DNA of 32,000 bases. It comes from Candidatus Fokinia solitaria. Its GTDB lineage: Bacteria > Pseudomonadota > Alphaproteobacteria > Rickettsiales > Midichloriaceae. Made by a program: the position numbers and the translations under genes. The notes under the pieces were generated by a model. It was not told where the DNA came from and did no database searches. It worked only from the letters and a program-made list of their open reading frames with translations. The stretch covers positions 270,001-302,000 of the forward strand of contig NZ_CP025989.1 in the NCBI RefSeq assembly GCF_003072485.1, written 5' to 3'. Numbering within the stretch: position 1 is the first letter of the stretch; each line of letters opens with the position of its first letter. This document shows, one piece after another, positions 20,637-29,925 of this stretch.

Positions 20637-23110
20637 ATTGTTATGTGATTAGTTTGAAAAATTTCATTATTGATTTCCTTTGGTTTATTGTCATCGATGA
20701 CTAATTGTTCAACGCATAGCACGTTTGTTAAATCATCTATCAGCGATTTTGAAAATGCTATACTGGTATGCAGAATAATTTTTTGCATCATTTTATTCAT
20801 TGCGATCTTACGTTCTGATCTAAATTTTCTCACAATGCTTATTACGTTTAGCGATTCGGAGATTGCAGTATTATCGTTTACTATTTCTTTCATCTCTGCA
20901 ATGTGTTTAGGAAAAGCATCGTGAGAATGTACTGATGATAATGATAAATCATGATTTAATGTGTTACTCTTCTCTTTTGCTGTTCTCAGTATTATTTTTT
21001 GAAATATTTCTTCTGCGATATATGGTGTGATTGGCGCGATCAATTTCACTATAATAGATATCGCATAGTACATTGTGAGAGCTGCACTATTACCAGCTTT
21101 TGCGCTATGATGCAAATAAACGCGATTCTTGACGATTTCGATGTAATAATCACAAAATGTTTTCCAAAAGAAGTTTAATATCTCTCGCATTGCGTGACAG
21201 TAATCAAAATTATTATAGTGCTGAAAGACACTCTTTGTTAAAGAGAGTAATTCATTTAAAAGCCATATATCATATGTTTCTTCGATCTCACCAAGATGAA
21301 GTGAATTTTCGATAGTTGAAGGAGAAGCTGTCATACGTTCTAAGTGTTGAGCGCAAAATCTACTTGCATTAAAAAGCTTTGTAAGAAAGCGTTTTGCATC
21401 TTTGATAATATCATCAGAATACGCTATATCTGTACCGAGTGGCGCTGTAGCTGCCCAATATCGTATCGCATCTGCACCATGCGCTTTGAGTTCAGTCAAT
21501 GGCTCTATAATATTTCCCTTTGATTTACTCATTTTCTCATGATTTTTACCAAGGCACCAGCCGCTGATCATGATGTTATGCCACGGTATGTTATCTTCAT
21601 GAAAGAGAGATTGTGCTATCGTACCGAAAGCCCACGTTCTTATTATCTCATGTGCCTGCGTTCTAAGAGAAAATGGAAATATCGAAGAGTCTGTTTCTTT
21701 GAGAGATGCTACGTTAATTTGAGGAGATAACGTACTTGTAGCCCACGTATCCATTACGTCAGAATCCGATACTACATCATCTTTGGTATAGTCACGAGGC
21801 AGTATTTTAGCTGGATCAAGTGGTAATTGTGTTTCCTCTGCAACTATTACTTTACCTTCTTCACCGACTTTTTTGGAATACCATACAGGAAATGGTATAC
21901 CAAAATATCTTTGTCTAGATATGCACCAGTCTTGATTAAGATTATCGATCCATTGTTCTACTCTTATTCTCATATAATCAGGATGCCAGTTTATCTTATG
22001 TACTTGCGCCATCAATTTATCTTTGTACCGCATTACATTAATATACCACTGTTGCGTTACTATGATTTCTAGTGGTGCGCCCGATCTTTCAGCGCATTTT
22101 ACGTGTTGTACTACTTCCTTGCTATCTTTTAGTACACCTTCTTGCTCGAGTAATTCTACTATTTTTGTTCTCGCGGCTTTTATCTTCATACCATTTAGCA
22201 AGCCAGAATTTTCCATCAATCCATTTTTGGTGATAACATTGGTGCACGTAAATTTATGAATTCGCCACCACTCTACATCTTGCGCGTCTCCGAATGTGCA
22301 ACACATCACAGCGCCTGTACCTTTTTGCATATCTACGCTTATATCTTCGATAATTGGCACTATATGATGAGAAATCGGAACGATACATGATGCGCCGATC
22401 AGTTTTCTATATCTTTGATCTTGTGGATGAATCAGTACTGCTTTGCATGCGTATAACATTTCCGGTCTTGTAGTGGCGATGATGATATCGTCTTGTTTAT
22501 CACTAATCGAAAAAACGAGTTCATACATCCTCCCTATAAACTCTTTATCTTCTATTTCAGCTTGCGATATTGCAGTTTGATCTACATGATCCCAGAATAC
22601 TGGCGCTTCTTTCCTATATATGATCCCCCTATGATATAGCTTCGTAAAAGATAATTGTGACAATCGTTGGACTTTTTCGGAAATTGTATTGTATTGAAGA
22701 GTCCAGTCATACGTAAAGCCTGCGATGCTTAATAAAGTTCGAAATTGCTCATGGAATTTCACTATTCTTTCCGAGCATTTTTGTATAAAGTCCGCTTTAT
22801 CAATGCGGTGCGCTACGATATTGTACTCTTTTTCTATCAATCTTTCCGTTGGTAAACCGTTATCGTCGAAGCCTGGTGAGTAGAATACGTTGTATCCGCA
22901 CATTCGCTTAAATCTTGCGATAAAATCGGTGTGAGAATAGCTAAATAAGTGTCCTATGTGCATATTGCCAGATACAGTAGGAGGTGGCGAATCTATCGAG
23001 AATACTTCTCTTTTGCATGCTGTTTGCCATTGATATAACTTGCTTGAATCCCAGAAGAGTCTGATTCTCGATTCAATGTCATCGTGATTATATTTTGTAA
23101 ATTCGTACAT
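20621..23110 (-). CDS. valS: Valyl-tRNA synthetase, archaeal-like form
   Basis: PPPTVSGNMHIGHLFSYSHTDFIARFKRMCGYNVFYSPGFDDNGLPTERLIEKEYNI; NHEKMSKSKGNIIEP; 829 aa; overlaps nuoM by 16 nt. Confidence 0.95.
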   Translation of the reverse strand: MYEFTKYNHDDIESRIRLFWDSSKLYQWQTACKREVFSIDSPPPTVSGNMHIGHLFSYSHTDFIARFKRMCGYNVFYSPGFDDNGLPTERLIEKEYNIVAHRIDKADFIQKCSERIVKFHEQFRTLLSIAGFTYDWTLQYNTISEKVQRLSQLSFTKLYHRGIIYRKEAPVFWDHVDQTAISQAEIEDKEFIGRMYELVFSISDKQDDIIIATTRPEMLYACKAVLIHPQDQRYRKLIGASCIVPISHHIVPIIEDISVDMQKGTGAVMCCTFGDAQDVEWWRIHKFTCTNVITKNGLMENSGLLNGMKIKAARTKIVELLEQEGVLKDSKEVVQHVKCAERSGAPLEIIVTQQWYINVMRYKDKLMAQVHKINWHPDYMRIRVEQWIDNLNQDWCISRQRYFGIPFPVWYSKKVGEEGKVIVAEETQLPLDPAKILPRDYTKDDVVSDSDVMDTWATSTLSPQINVASLKETDSSIFPFSLRTQAHEIIRTWAFGTIAQSLFHEDNIPWHNIMISGWCLGKNHEKMSKSKGNIIEPLTELKAHGADAIRYWAATAPLGTDIAYSDDIIKDAKRFLTKLFNASRFCAQHLERMTASPSTIENSLHLGEIEETYDIWLLNELLSLTKSVFQHYNNFDYCHAMREILNFFWKTFCDYYIEIVKNRVYLHHSAKAGNSAALTMYYAISIIVKLIAPITPYIAEEIFQKIILRTAKEKSNTLNHDLSLSSVHSHDAFPKHIAEMKEIVNDNTAISESLNVISIVRKFRSERKIAMNKMMQKIILHTSIAFSKSLIDDLTNVLCVEQLVIDDNKPKEINNEIFQTNHITICIFQ

Positions 23111-23195
23111 TTTAAAGTGAAGAAAATGCTTGGAAACTTCAAATATTTACACTACCCTCCGTACTAGGTATGTGTGTATACGTGATCTTACTACG

Positions 23196-23846
23196 ATGAA
23201 AAGATATTCTTTGCAATTACTTCCTTATCTTTACAATGCATTAGAGCCTAGCATTTCAAAGAGTACTTTGGAGTTTCACTATGATAAGCATCATCGTGGT
23301 TATCTTGATAATATAAATAAAATAGCTGAAGAATATAATTTAGAGCATGAAGGAGGGATAGAAAGTCTTTTTGTACATGCTGATTCAAAATTAAAAGGAG
23401 GGACTAAGGATCCAGCACTGTGGAATTCAGTATTTAACAATGCAGGACAAGTTTTAAATCATGACTTTTTTTGGAACTCAATATGCGCGCGAGAGGATTC
23501 TATTTCAAGCGCTGAAAATATTGATAATAAGCTGGTAACTGCAATTGAAACGGCATTTGGTTCAATCGATCAATTTAAACAGGATTTCGTCAAAGTTGGA
23601 GTAAGTCAGTTTGGTAGTGGATGGATATGGTTAGTATGGTTACCGCGTGAAAGAAAATTGCAAATAGTGAAAACAGCAAATGCAAATTCTCCATTGCTTG
23701 ATGGTATGGTGCCTCTCATGGTATGCGACGTATGGGAGCATGCATATTATTTAGACTATCAAAATAGAAGAGCGGATTTTCTCAAAAAAGTTGTTGAAAA
23801 TCATTTGAATTGGAAATTTGTATCAAGTCGTTTTAACTCGTTATAG
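23196..23846 (+). CDS. sodB: Superoxide dismutase, Fe-type by motif
   Basis: LEFHYDKHHRGYLDNIN, NAGQVLNHDFFWNS (Gln in the FeSOD-like position), QFGSGWIWLVW, DVWEHAYYLDYQNRRADF. Start refined from 23130 to ATG 23196 (MKRYSLQLLPYLYNALEP). Confidence 0.93.
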   Translation: MKRYSLQLLPYLYNALEPSISKSTLEFHYDKHHRGYLDNINKIAEEYNLEHEGGIESLFVHADSKLKGGTKDPALWNSVFNNAGQVLNHDFFWNSICAREDSISSAENIDNKLVTAIETAFGSIDQFKQDFVKVGVSQFGSGWIWLVWLPRERKLQIVKTANANSPLLDGMVPLMVCDVWEHAYYLDYQNRRADFLKKVVENHLNWKFVSSRFNSL

Positions 23847-23849
23847 TGA

Positions 23850-24167
23850 TTGTCTGTGGTTTCTATATTGCATCTCTTCCTTCTTTCTTTCTTCGTTCTT
23901 ACACTTGGTATCCTTTGTATGGTGCTAAAGAGAAGAAATGTGATGCACCTTTTTATAGGCATAGAAATAATGCTACTTGCGCTGAATATAATCTTTGTAA
24001 GTGTAGGTGTTTTTTTTAATGATATATTAGGGCAGATCATAGGTATCATCCTTATATGTGTTGGCGCTGCAGAAGTTGCTGTTGGATTGTCAATTTTAGT
24101 GGCTTATGTAAATGTGAAAAAGTCCACTCATTTAATGTCAGATGAGCTTGATAAATTACGTGATTAA
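23850..24167 (+). CDS. nuoK: NADH-quinone oxidoreductase subunit K (TTG start in track)
   Basis: LKRRNVMHLFIGIEIMLLALNIIFVSVG...GQIIGIILICVGAAEVAVGLSILVAY; 105 aa. Confidence 0.92.
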   Translation: MSVVSILHLFLLSFFVLTLGILCMVLKRRNVMHLFIGIEIMLLALNIIFVSVGVFFNDILGQIIGIILICVGAAEVAVGLSILVAYVNVKKSTHLMSDELDKLRD

Positions 24168-24169
24168 AG

Positions 24170-25417
24170 ATGAGAGTAGAGTTTATTATTGCTAGAAGAT
24201 TTGCTTTTAGTAAGCAGAATAGAGCTTTTATGCATGTAATTAATGGCTTCGCTATTGCTGGTATAGCAATCGGTGTTGCTACTTTGATAATAGTAACGTC
24301 CGTGATGTATGGCTACAAATCATATATTGTGAAAAAGATGCTTGGAGTGCAAAGTCATCTCCTCATTTATCCATACGATGGTACTATGCTTCGTGATGAA
24401 TGTGATGTGAAAAAAGTGAAGAGTATAAAGGGCGTAGAACATGTATCATGCGTCGTACAGGGACAAGCTATGGTGACTTATAATAAGAATATTGACGGAG
24501 TGTTGATAAAAGGCGTAGATAGTGAAGCGCTGGAGTATTGCTTTAAAGAAGGAAACTTTATTCGTGGCAGCATTGTAGAACGTAAAAATGATAATACTGG
24601 CGCCTTTTTTGTTGTTGGTGATGGTATTATGAGAAATGCATTACGTGATGGTACATTAAGAATAAAACTCACAATACCTCAATTTGTAGAAACGTTTTTA
24701 GGAATCATACCGAGAAGTAAAAGCTATCAGATAAACGATTATTTTGATTCAGGAATGATGGATTACAATAATAGTATGATCTTCATGAATATAGAGGATT
24801 GCAGGAAGCTATTTGGTTATTCAGAAAAAGTAATAACTGGCATTGAAATTATGGTACGAGATCCGCTTGATATATCAAATATTAAAGCTGAGTTAGAAGC
24901 GTTTTTTAAAGATAAATACGCTGTTCTCGACTGGAAAAAGAGGAATGGTCATTTGATAGTTGCTTTAGACGCTGAGAGAACAACTATGTATATAATACTG
25001 TCTATCATCGTTATTGTTGCGACTTTTAATATATTTTCCGGCCTCATGGTGATGGTGCAAGATAAAAGAAGAGAAATTGCTATATTAAGAACGATCGGAA
25101 TGTCAAAATTTTCCGTGATGTCCATATTTCTTTTATGTAGCATTTACATAGGAATGAGTGGCACGGTGCTTGGTGTGATCTTCGGTTGCATATTTGCTAA
25201 AAATCTGCATTTTATCAGAGCTATTGTAGAAGAGTTATTTGACATGACTTTGTTTGATCCTAAAATTTATGTTTTAACGGAACTTCCAGTAGAGTTATCA
25301 CTGTCAAGTATTGCGTCTATAGCTCTTTTTTCAATAGTCTGTTCTCTATTCGCATCTCTTTATCCTTCACTCAGTATTGCAAAAATATCTCCCTCTACTG
25401 TGCTGAAAGATGGATAA
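24170..25417 (+). CDS. Lipoprotein-releasing ABC transporter permease (LolC/LolE family, FtsX-like)
   Basis: MRVEFIIARRFAFSKQNRAFMHVINGFAIAGIAIGVATLIIVTSVMYGY; C-terminal MVQDKRREIAILRTIGMSKFSVMSIFLLCSIYIGMSGTVLG. Confidence 0.9.
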   Translation: MRVEFIIARRFAFSKQNRAFMHVINGFAIAGIAIGVATLIIVTSVMYGYKSYIVKKMLGVQSHLLIYPYDGTMLRDECDVKKVKSIKGVEHVSCVVQGQAMVTYNKNIDGVLIKGVDSEALEYCFKEGNFIRGSIVERKNDNTGAFFVVGDGIMRNALRDGTLRIKLTIPQFVETFLGIIPRSKSYQINDYFDSGMMDYNNSMIFMNIEDCRKLFGYSEKVITGIEIMVRDPLDISNIKAELEAFFKDKYAVLDWKKRNGHLIVALDAERTTMYIILSIIVIVATFNIFSGLMVMVQDKRREIAILRTIGMSKFSVMSIFLLCSIYIGMSGTVLGVIFGCIFAKNLHFIRAIVEELFDMTLFDPKIYVLTELPVELSLSSIASIALFSIVCSLFASLYPSLSIAKISPSTVLKDG

Positions 25418-25511
25418 AATGCTTACTATAGTATCGTATAATTGACAAATTACCGCTATAAGTCTACTCTGAGAGTGATTATGACATTGCTGATTTTTTT
25501 ACAATTTCTGA

Positions 25512-28046
25512 ATGACGAAGAAATATGATGCCTCGTCCATCCAAGTTTTGGAAGGACTGGACGCCGTTAAAAAAAGACCAGGAATGTATATTGGAGATGT
25601 AAGCTCTTCATTAGGGCTACACAATATGTTAAATGAAGTTCTGGATAATGCAGTTGATGAGTGTATTGCTGGATACGCAAAAAATATCTCAATCTCTTTG
25701 AATAGTGATGGTTCAGCGAGTGTAGAGGATGATGGTAGAGGAATACCCGTAGATGTATACGAAGGAGAGGGAGTTTCTGCAGCTGAGGTTATAATGACAA
25801 AATTGCATGCTGGTGGAAAGTTTGACAGCGATGCATACAAAATGTCCGGTGGTCTTCATGGAGTTGGAGTATCTGTGGTAAATGCATTATCAGAGTGGCT
25901 TTTATTAACTGTATGGAGAGATAATGAGTATGAGATTCTCTTTGAAGAAGGTAGAACGGTAAGCCCTCTAAAAGTAAATGCTACAAATGTTAAGAAATGC
26001 GGTACTAGAGTGACTTTTCTTCCTTCTAGAGGAGTTTTCGCAGTAGTAGAATTTGATTATAATTATATAGAGCAAAGAATAAGAGAGCTTGCTTTCCTTA
26101 ATCCAAGTGCTTCTTTTATAATAAGAGACTATAGAAAAGATGAGCCATTTGAGAAGACTTTCTGCTTTGCAGGAGGCGTGAAGGAATTTGTCGCTTATTT
26201 GGATAGAGCGAAAAATAAGCTACACGATATAATCGACATTCAGGGGCAAAGTGATGATGTAATAGTAAATGTAAGCCTCGCATGGAATGATGGCTATGCA
26301 GAAAATGTGATGTGCTTCACAAATAATATAAGGCAAAGAGATGGAGGAACTCATCTTGCAGGCTTTAGAAGTGCTATTACAAGAGCTGTAACTGCATATG
26401 TTAATACAGTGAAGCATAAAAAATACGAAAAATTGGAAGTATCACCGGATGATATAAGAGAAGGACTGACAGCTGTATTATCCATAAAAGTTCATGAGCC
26501 GATATTTTCATCTCAGACAAAGGAAAAATTAGCAAGCGGTAACGTAAAAAGCGCCGTAGAGCAGGTTGTGTTTTCTAATATTGAAAGATGGTTTGAGCAG
26601 AATCCGAATTCTGCAAAAGCTATTGCGAATAAGATATTAGATTCTGCTATAGCAAGAGAAGCAGCGAGAAAAGCACGAGATTTAAGTAGGAAAAAGCCTG
26701 GATTTGAAATATCTGTTCTTGCGGGGAGGTTGGCTAGCTGTCAAGAAAAGGATCCTTCGTTATGCGAGTTATTTATAGTTGAGGGAGAATCTGCAGGTGG
26801 TTCAGCGAAGCAAGGGCGCGATAGAGCTACACAAGCTGTACTGCCATTGAGAGGAAAAGTTCTTAATGTAGAGAGAGCGAGAATAGATAAAGTATTATCT
26901 CATTCGGAAATTGGTACTCTTGTAAGTGCGCTTGGTACCGGAATAGGGAGAGATATTTTAGATGTATCAAAATTAAGATATCATAAGATAATACTGATGA
27001 CAGATGCTGATGTAGATGGCGCGCACATTAGAACTCTACTCATTACGTTCTTTTTCAGATATATGTACTCTATTATAGAAGAAGGGCATCTATACATCGC
27101 AGAGCCTCCGTTGTATAAAGTACGAAAAGGGCAAAGTGAGAAGTACATCAAAGATGAACGTGAGTTAAAAGTATTTTTGATGTCCATAGTATCAGATGAT
27201 GTATTTGCAATTCTAAAAGGAGAAGTATCACGAGGATATATTTTAGAGAGATTGGAAGCTATTAGCAGTTTTTCAGAGTATATTAATCACAGAGAAAATG
27301 TTTTATATAAGAGATTAGCTGAAATTTGCATATTTACAGATGATTTCCTTAATGAAGATCATGAAATGTCTAGTGCGGATTTTAATATCTCAGTAGCGCA
27401 AAAAATAGTGAAATTATGGCCTCACGGATGGGGACTCCTTAAAGATACTGGTAAAGTGCAAGTTCAAAAATCCGAAAATACAAGAGAATCTGATGCTGCT
27501 GATGAGTCTGGTGAAGAGCACGAAAAAGTGGAAAGTTTTTTCTCAGATAGTGTCAGTGAAGGCACTAAAACAGTAATAAATTGGAGTATTTCTGAAGAAT
27601 CTAAAAAGATAAAGTTTTCATTAGAAGAGGAGAATAGTACTTCAGTGTGTGAGATTGATTTCGCAGCTCTAAAAAAAGATATAAAAAGTTCCACAATACG
27701 GAGTGTTTTAGAATTTTATTCAGCTATAAATTTTAAAATAAGCAATACTCTTACGATAAAAGGCAATACGATTAAATTTATTTTACCATCAGCTTTATTT
27801 TCTTACCTCTTAGATACCGCGAGAAAAGGTATGTATATCCAGCGATTTAAAGGATTAGGAGAAATGAATCCAGAACAGTTATGGGAAACAACTCTTGATC
27901 CGAAAAATAGAATTTTGAAGCGGATTACTGTAGATGATTTTGTGCAGGCTGATCAAACATTTTCAATGCTTATGGGAGATGTAGTTGGTCCTAGAAGAGA
28001 GTTCATAGAGCAGGATGCATTAAATGTTAAAGAGTTGGATGTGTAG
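25512..28046 (+). CDS. gyrB: DNA gyrase subunit B
   Basis: LEGLDAVKKRPGMYIGD, AGGKFDSDAYKMSGGLHGVGVSVVNALS, EGESAGGSAKQGRDRATQAVLPLRGKVLNVERAR, MTDADVDGAHIRTLLITFFFR, QRFKGLGEMNPEQLWETTLDP. Confidence 0.97.
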   Translation: MTKKYDASSIQVLEGLDAVKKRPGMYIGDVSSSLGLHNMLNEVLDNAVDECIAGYAKNISISLNSDGSASVEDDGRGIPVDVYEGEGVSAAEVIMTKLHAGGKFDSDAYKMSGGLHGVGVSVVNALSEWLLLTVWRDNEYEILFEEGRTVSPLKVNATNVKKCGTRVTFLPSRGVFAVVEFDYNYIEQRIRELAFLNPSASFIIRDYRKDEPFEKTFCFAGGVKEFVAYLDRAKNKLHDIIDIQGQSDDVIVNVSLAWNDGYAENVMCFTNNIRQRDGGTHLAGFRSAITRAVTAYVNTVKHKKYEKLEVSPDDIREGLTAVLSIKVHEPIFSSQTKEKLASGNVKSAVEQVVFSNIERWFEQNPNSAKAIANKILDSAIAREAARKARDLSRKKPGFEISVLAGRLASCQEKDPSLCELFIVEGESAGGSAKQGRDRATQAVLPLRGKVLNVERARIDKVLSHSEIGTLVSALGTGIGRDILDVSKLRYHKIILMTDADVDGAHIRTLLITFFFRYMYSIIEEGHLYIAEPPLYKVRKGQSEKYIKDERELKVFLMSIVSDDVFAILKGEVSRGYILERLEAISSFSEYINHRENVLYKRLAEICIFTDDFLNEDHEMSSADFNISVAQKIVKLWPHGWGLLKDTGKVQVQKSENTRESDAADESGEEHEKVESFFSDSVSEGTKTVINWSISEESKKIKFSLEEENSTSVCEIDFAALKKDIKSSTIRSVLEFYSAINFKISNTLTIKGNTIKFILPSALFSYLLDTARKGMYIQRFKGLGEMNPEQLWETTLDPKNRILKRITVDDFVQADQTFSMLMGDVVGPRREFIEQDALNVKELDV

Positions 28047-28062
28047 AAAATTATGAAATGCG

Positions 28063-29196
28063 ATGAAATATGACTTTTCTACTCTAAATAAGCGCGTATC
28101 CGATATTGCTATTCAAGAATCACTACGTAGTGATGCGTCCGTGAGTATCACATATCGGAATTATGAAGGTGGTCGAAATATACTCATAATGCTTATATAT
28201 CTTAGTCCTAATGTCAGCATTACAGAGCATGAAAAAGAAAGTTTGAAATTAAAATGTACTAATGTGCTGCGTAATTATGACGAATGCAGTGCAGATATGA
28301 GGCTTTTATTGCATTCTGTAGAAATAAAGTGCGTTGTGATTCAGCAATTTGAGAAAAATGTAGAATCACCGCGTATATTGCCGAATATGCAGCATAAAAA
28401 AGAGAAGAAGCGCATTGAGAATGTGAAAAATATCATAGTAGTAATGTCTGGAAAGGGAGGTGTAGGAAAATCATCTGTTACCGTCGGCATTGCTTTAAGT
28501 TTGAGAGCGCAGGGCTTTAAAGTAGGAATAGCGGATTTGGATGTATATGGATCATCGATTCCTAAATTTTTAGAAGTACGGGGATATACAATTATGGAAA
28601 ATGGCATTTTCATACCTCCTATAGCGGAAGGAATACCGATAATGTCAGCAGATTTTCTCGTACCGGAAGATAGCGGTAAGGTATTTTCTTGGAGAGGGCC
28701 GATGATTACGAAGATGATGGATACTATCTTATCATTATCGAGATGGAAAAAAGAAAATGTCTTTACTGATAGCGATCTAGATTATCTTATAATAGATACT
28801 CCGCCAGGAACGGGAGATATACATCTTTCGCTTTTAGAGAAATACGATTTACTTGCGCATAACGTACGTATAGTGCTTGTCTCAAATGAAAGTATGATAG
28901 GATTATCAAATACTATAAAGTCATATGAATTATCAAAAAAGTTTGGATTAACTCTTTTCGGTATTATCTGTAACATGAAGTTAGAGAAGAAAGATATTGT
29001 TCATCAATATATAAAAAATTTTGACGATATTAATTACTTAGGTAGTATATCGTTCTATGTAGATCTTGTAAGTGATGCATGTTTGTTTTACAAAAACGCA
29101 ATGCTTATCTCGAACAATGAAGAAAATAGTATCCATTTTAGAGGCGAATACGAAGTAATAGTACGTAATCTCTTGGCTTTACGATGCTTTTCATAG
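28063..29196 (+). CDS. Mrp/ApbC/NBP35-family P-loop ATPase (Fe-S carrier family)
   Basis: IIVVMSGKGGVGKSSVTVGIALSL, ADLDVYGSSIPKFL, WRGPMITKMMDTIL, DYLIIDTPPGTGDIHLSL. Confidence 0.92.
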   Translation: MKYDFSTLNKRVSDIAIQESLRSDASVSITYRNYEGGRNILIMLIYLSPNVSITEHEKESLKLKCTNVLRNYDECSADMRLLLHSVEIKCVVIQQFEKNVESPRILPNMQHKKEKKRIENVKNIIVVMSGKGGVGKSSVTVGIALSLRAQGFKVGIADLDVYGSSIPKFLEVRGYTIMENGIFIPPIAEGIPIMSADFLVPEDSGKVFSWRGPMITKMMDTILSLSRWKKENVFTDSDLDYLIIDTPPGTGDIHLSLLEKYDLLAHNVRIVLVSNESMIGLSNTIKSYELSKKFGLTLFGIICNMKLEKKDIVHQYIKNFDDINYLGSISFYVDLVSDACLFYKNAMLISNNEENSIHFRGEYEVIVRNLLALRCFS

Positions 29197-29906
29197 ATAC
29201 TACGTCCGGTACTACGTCCGTTGCAGTGATGACGGAGAATAGAGAGATCTTTTCTTATTATGATGGAGAAAAGAATATGCAGGTGGAAAGAATTGCAAAG
29301 ATTACAATTACTGCTCTGGAAAAAGCGTCACTCTCTCTAAGTAAAGTGAAGTACATTGGATGTAACGTTGGCCCTGGTAGTTTTAATAGCGTAAGAATAG
29401 GCGTGTCATACGCTAATGGTATTTTGTGTACGGAAAGTCGTATTCTTCCAATACAGTTGAATAGCTATCAACTGTGCTTGTATTTCATATATAAAAGAGT
29501 GGTAAAAGATATCAAGCAGCCTCCTTTTTTTATTGGCATTCAGACAGAGAAAAATAAGGTTATTATGCTGCTAGAGCCGATAATGCCGTCGCAGTTAATA
29601 GCAAATTTGCATTATTATCTAAATGCTTTCGGTGCAATTACTGAGATTTCTATGGATGATTTTATTGCAGAAGATGTAATTTCATCATCTAGCGTAGCAG
29701 TACTTTCGAATGATGAGCTAGATACCTGTTTATGGAGACCATACTATCTATTTGGAGATAAATGTGCTAATATAACACCATCTTCTGCTACGGGGGTAGC
29801 ACTAATGGAGCTTATGGTGTCACAGTATGGCAAAGAGCGTAATGGCAGGTTCTTTACACCTTTTTATGGCTCTCTTCCATCTTCGATGAAAATAAAAGAC
29901 TCTTAG
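29184..29906 (+). CDS. tsaB: tRNA threonylcarbamoyladenosine biosynthesis protein TsaB
   Basis: MLFIDTTSGTTSVAVM...YIGCNVGPGSFNSVRIGVSYANGI; overlaps the mrp-like gene by 13 nt. Confidence 0.85.
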   Translation: MLFIDTTSGTTSVAVMTENREIFSYYDGEKNMQVERIAKITITALEKASLSLSKVKYIGCNVGPGSFNSVRIGVSYANGILCTESRILPIQLNSYQLCLYFIYKRVVKDIKQPPFFIGIQTEKNKVIMLLEPIMPSQLIANLHYYLNAFGAITEISMDDFIAEDVISSSSVAVLSNDELDTCLWRPYYLFGDKCANITPSSATGVALMELMVSQYGKERNGRFFTPFYGSLPSSMKIKDS

Positions 29907-29925
29907 AAATTTTTGGTGTCTTGAT

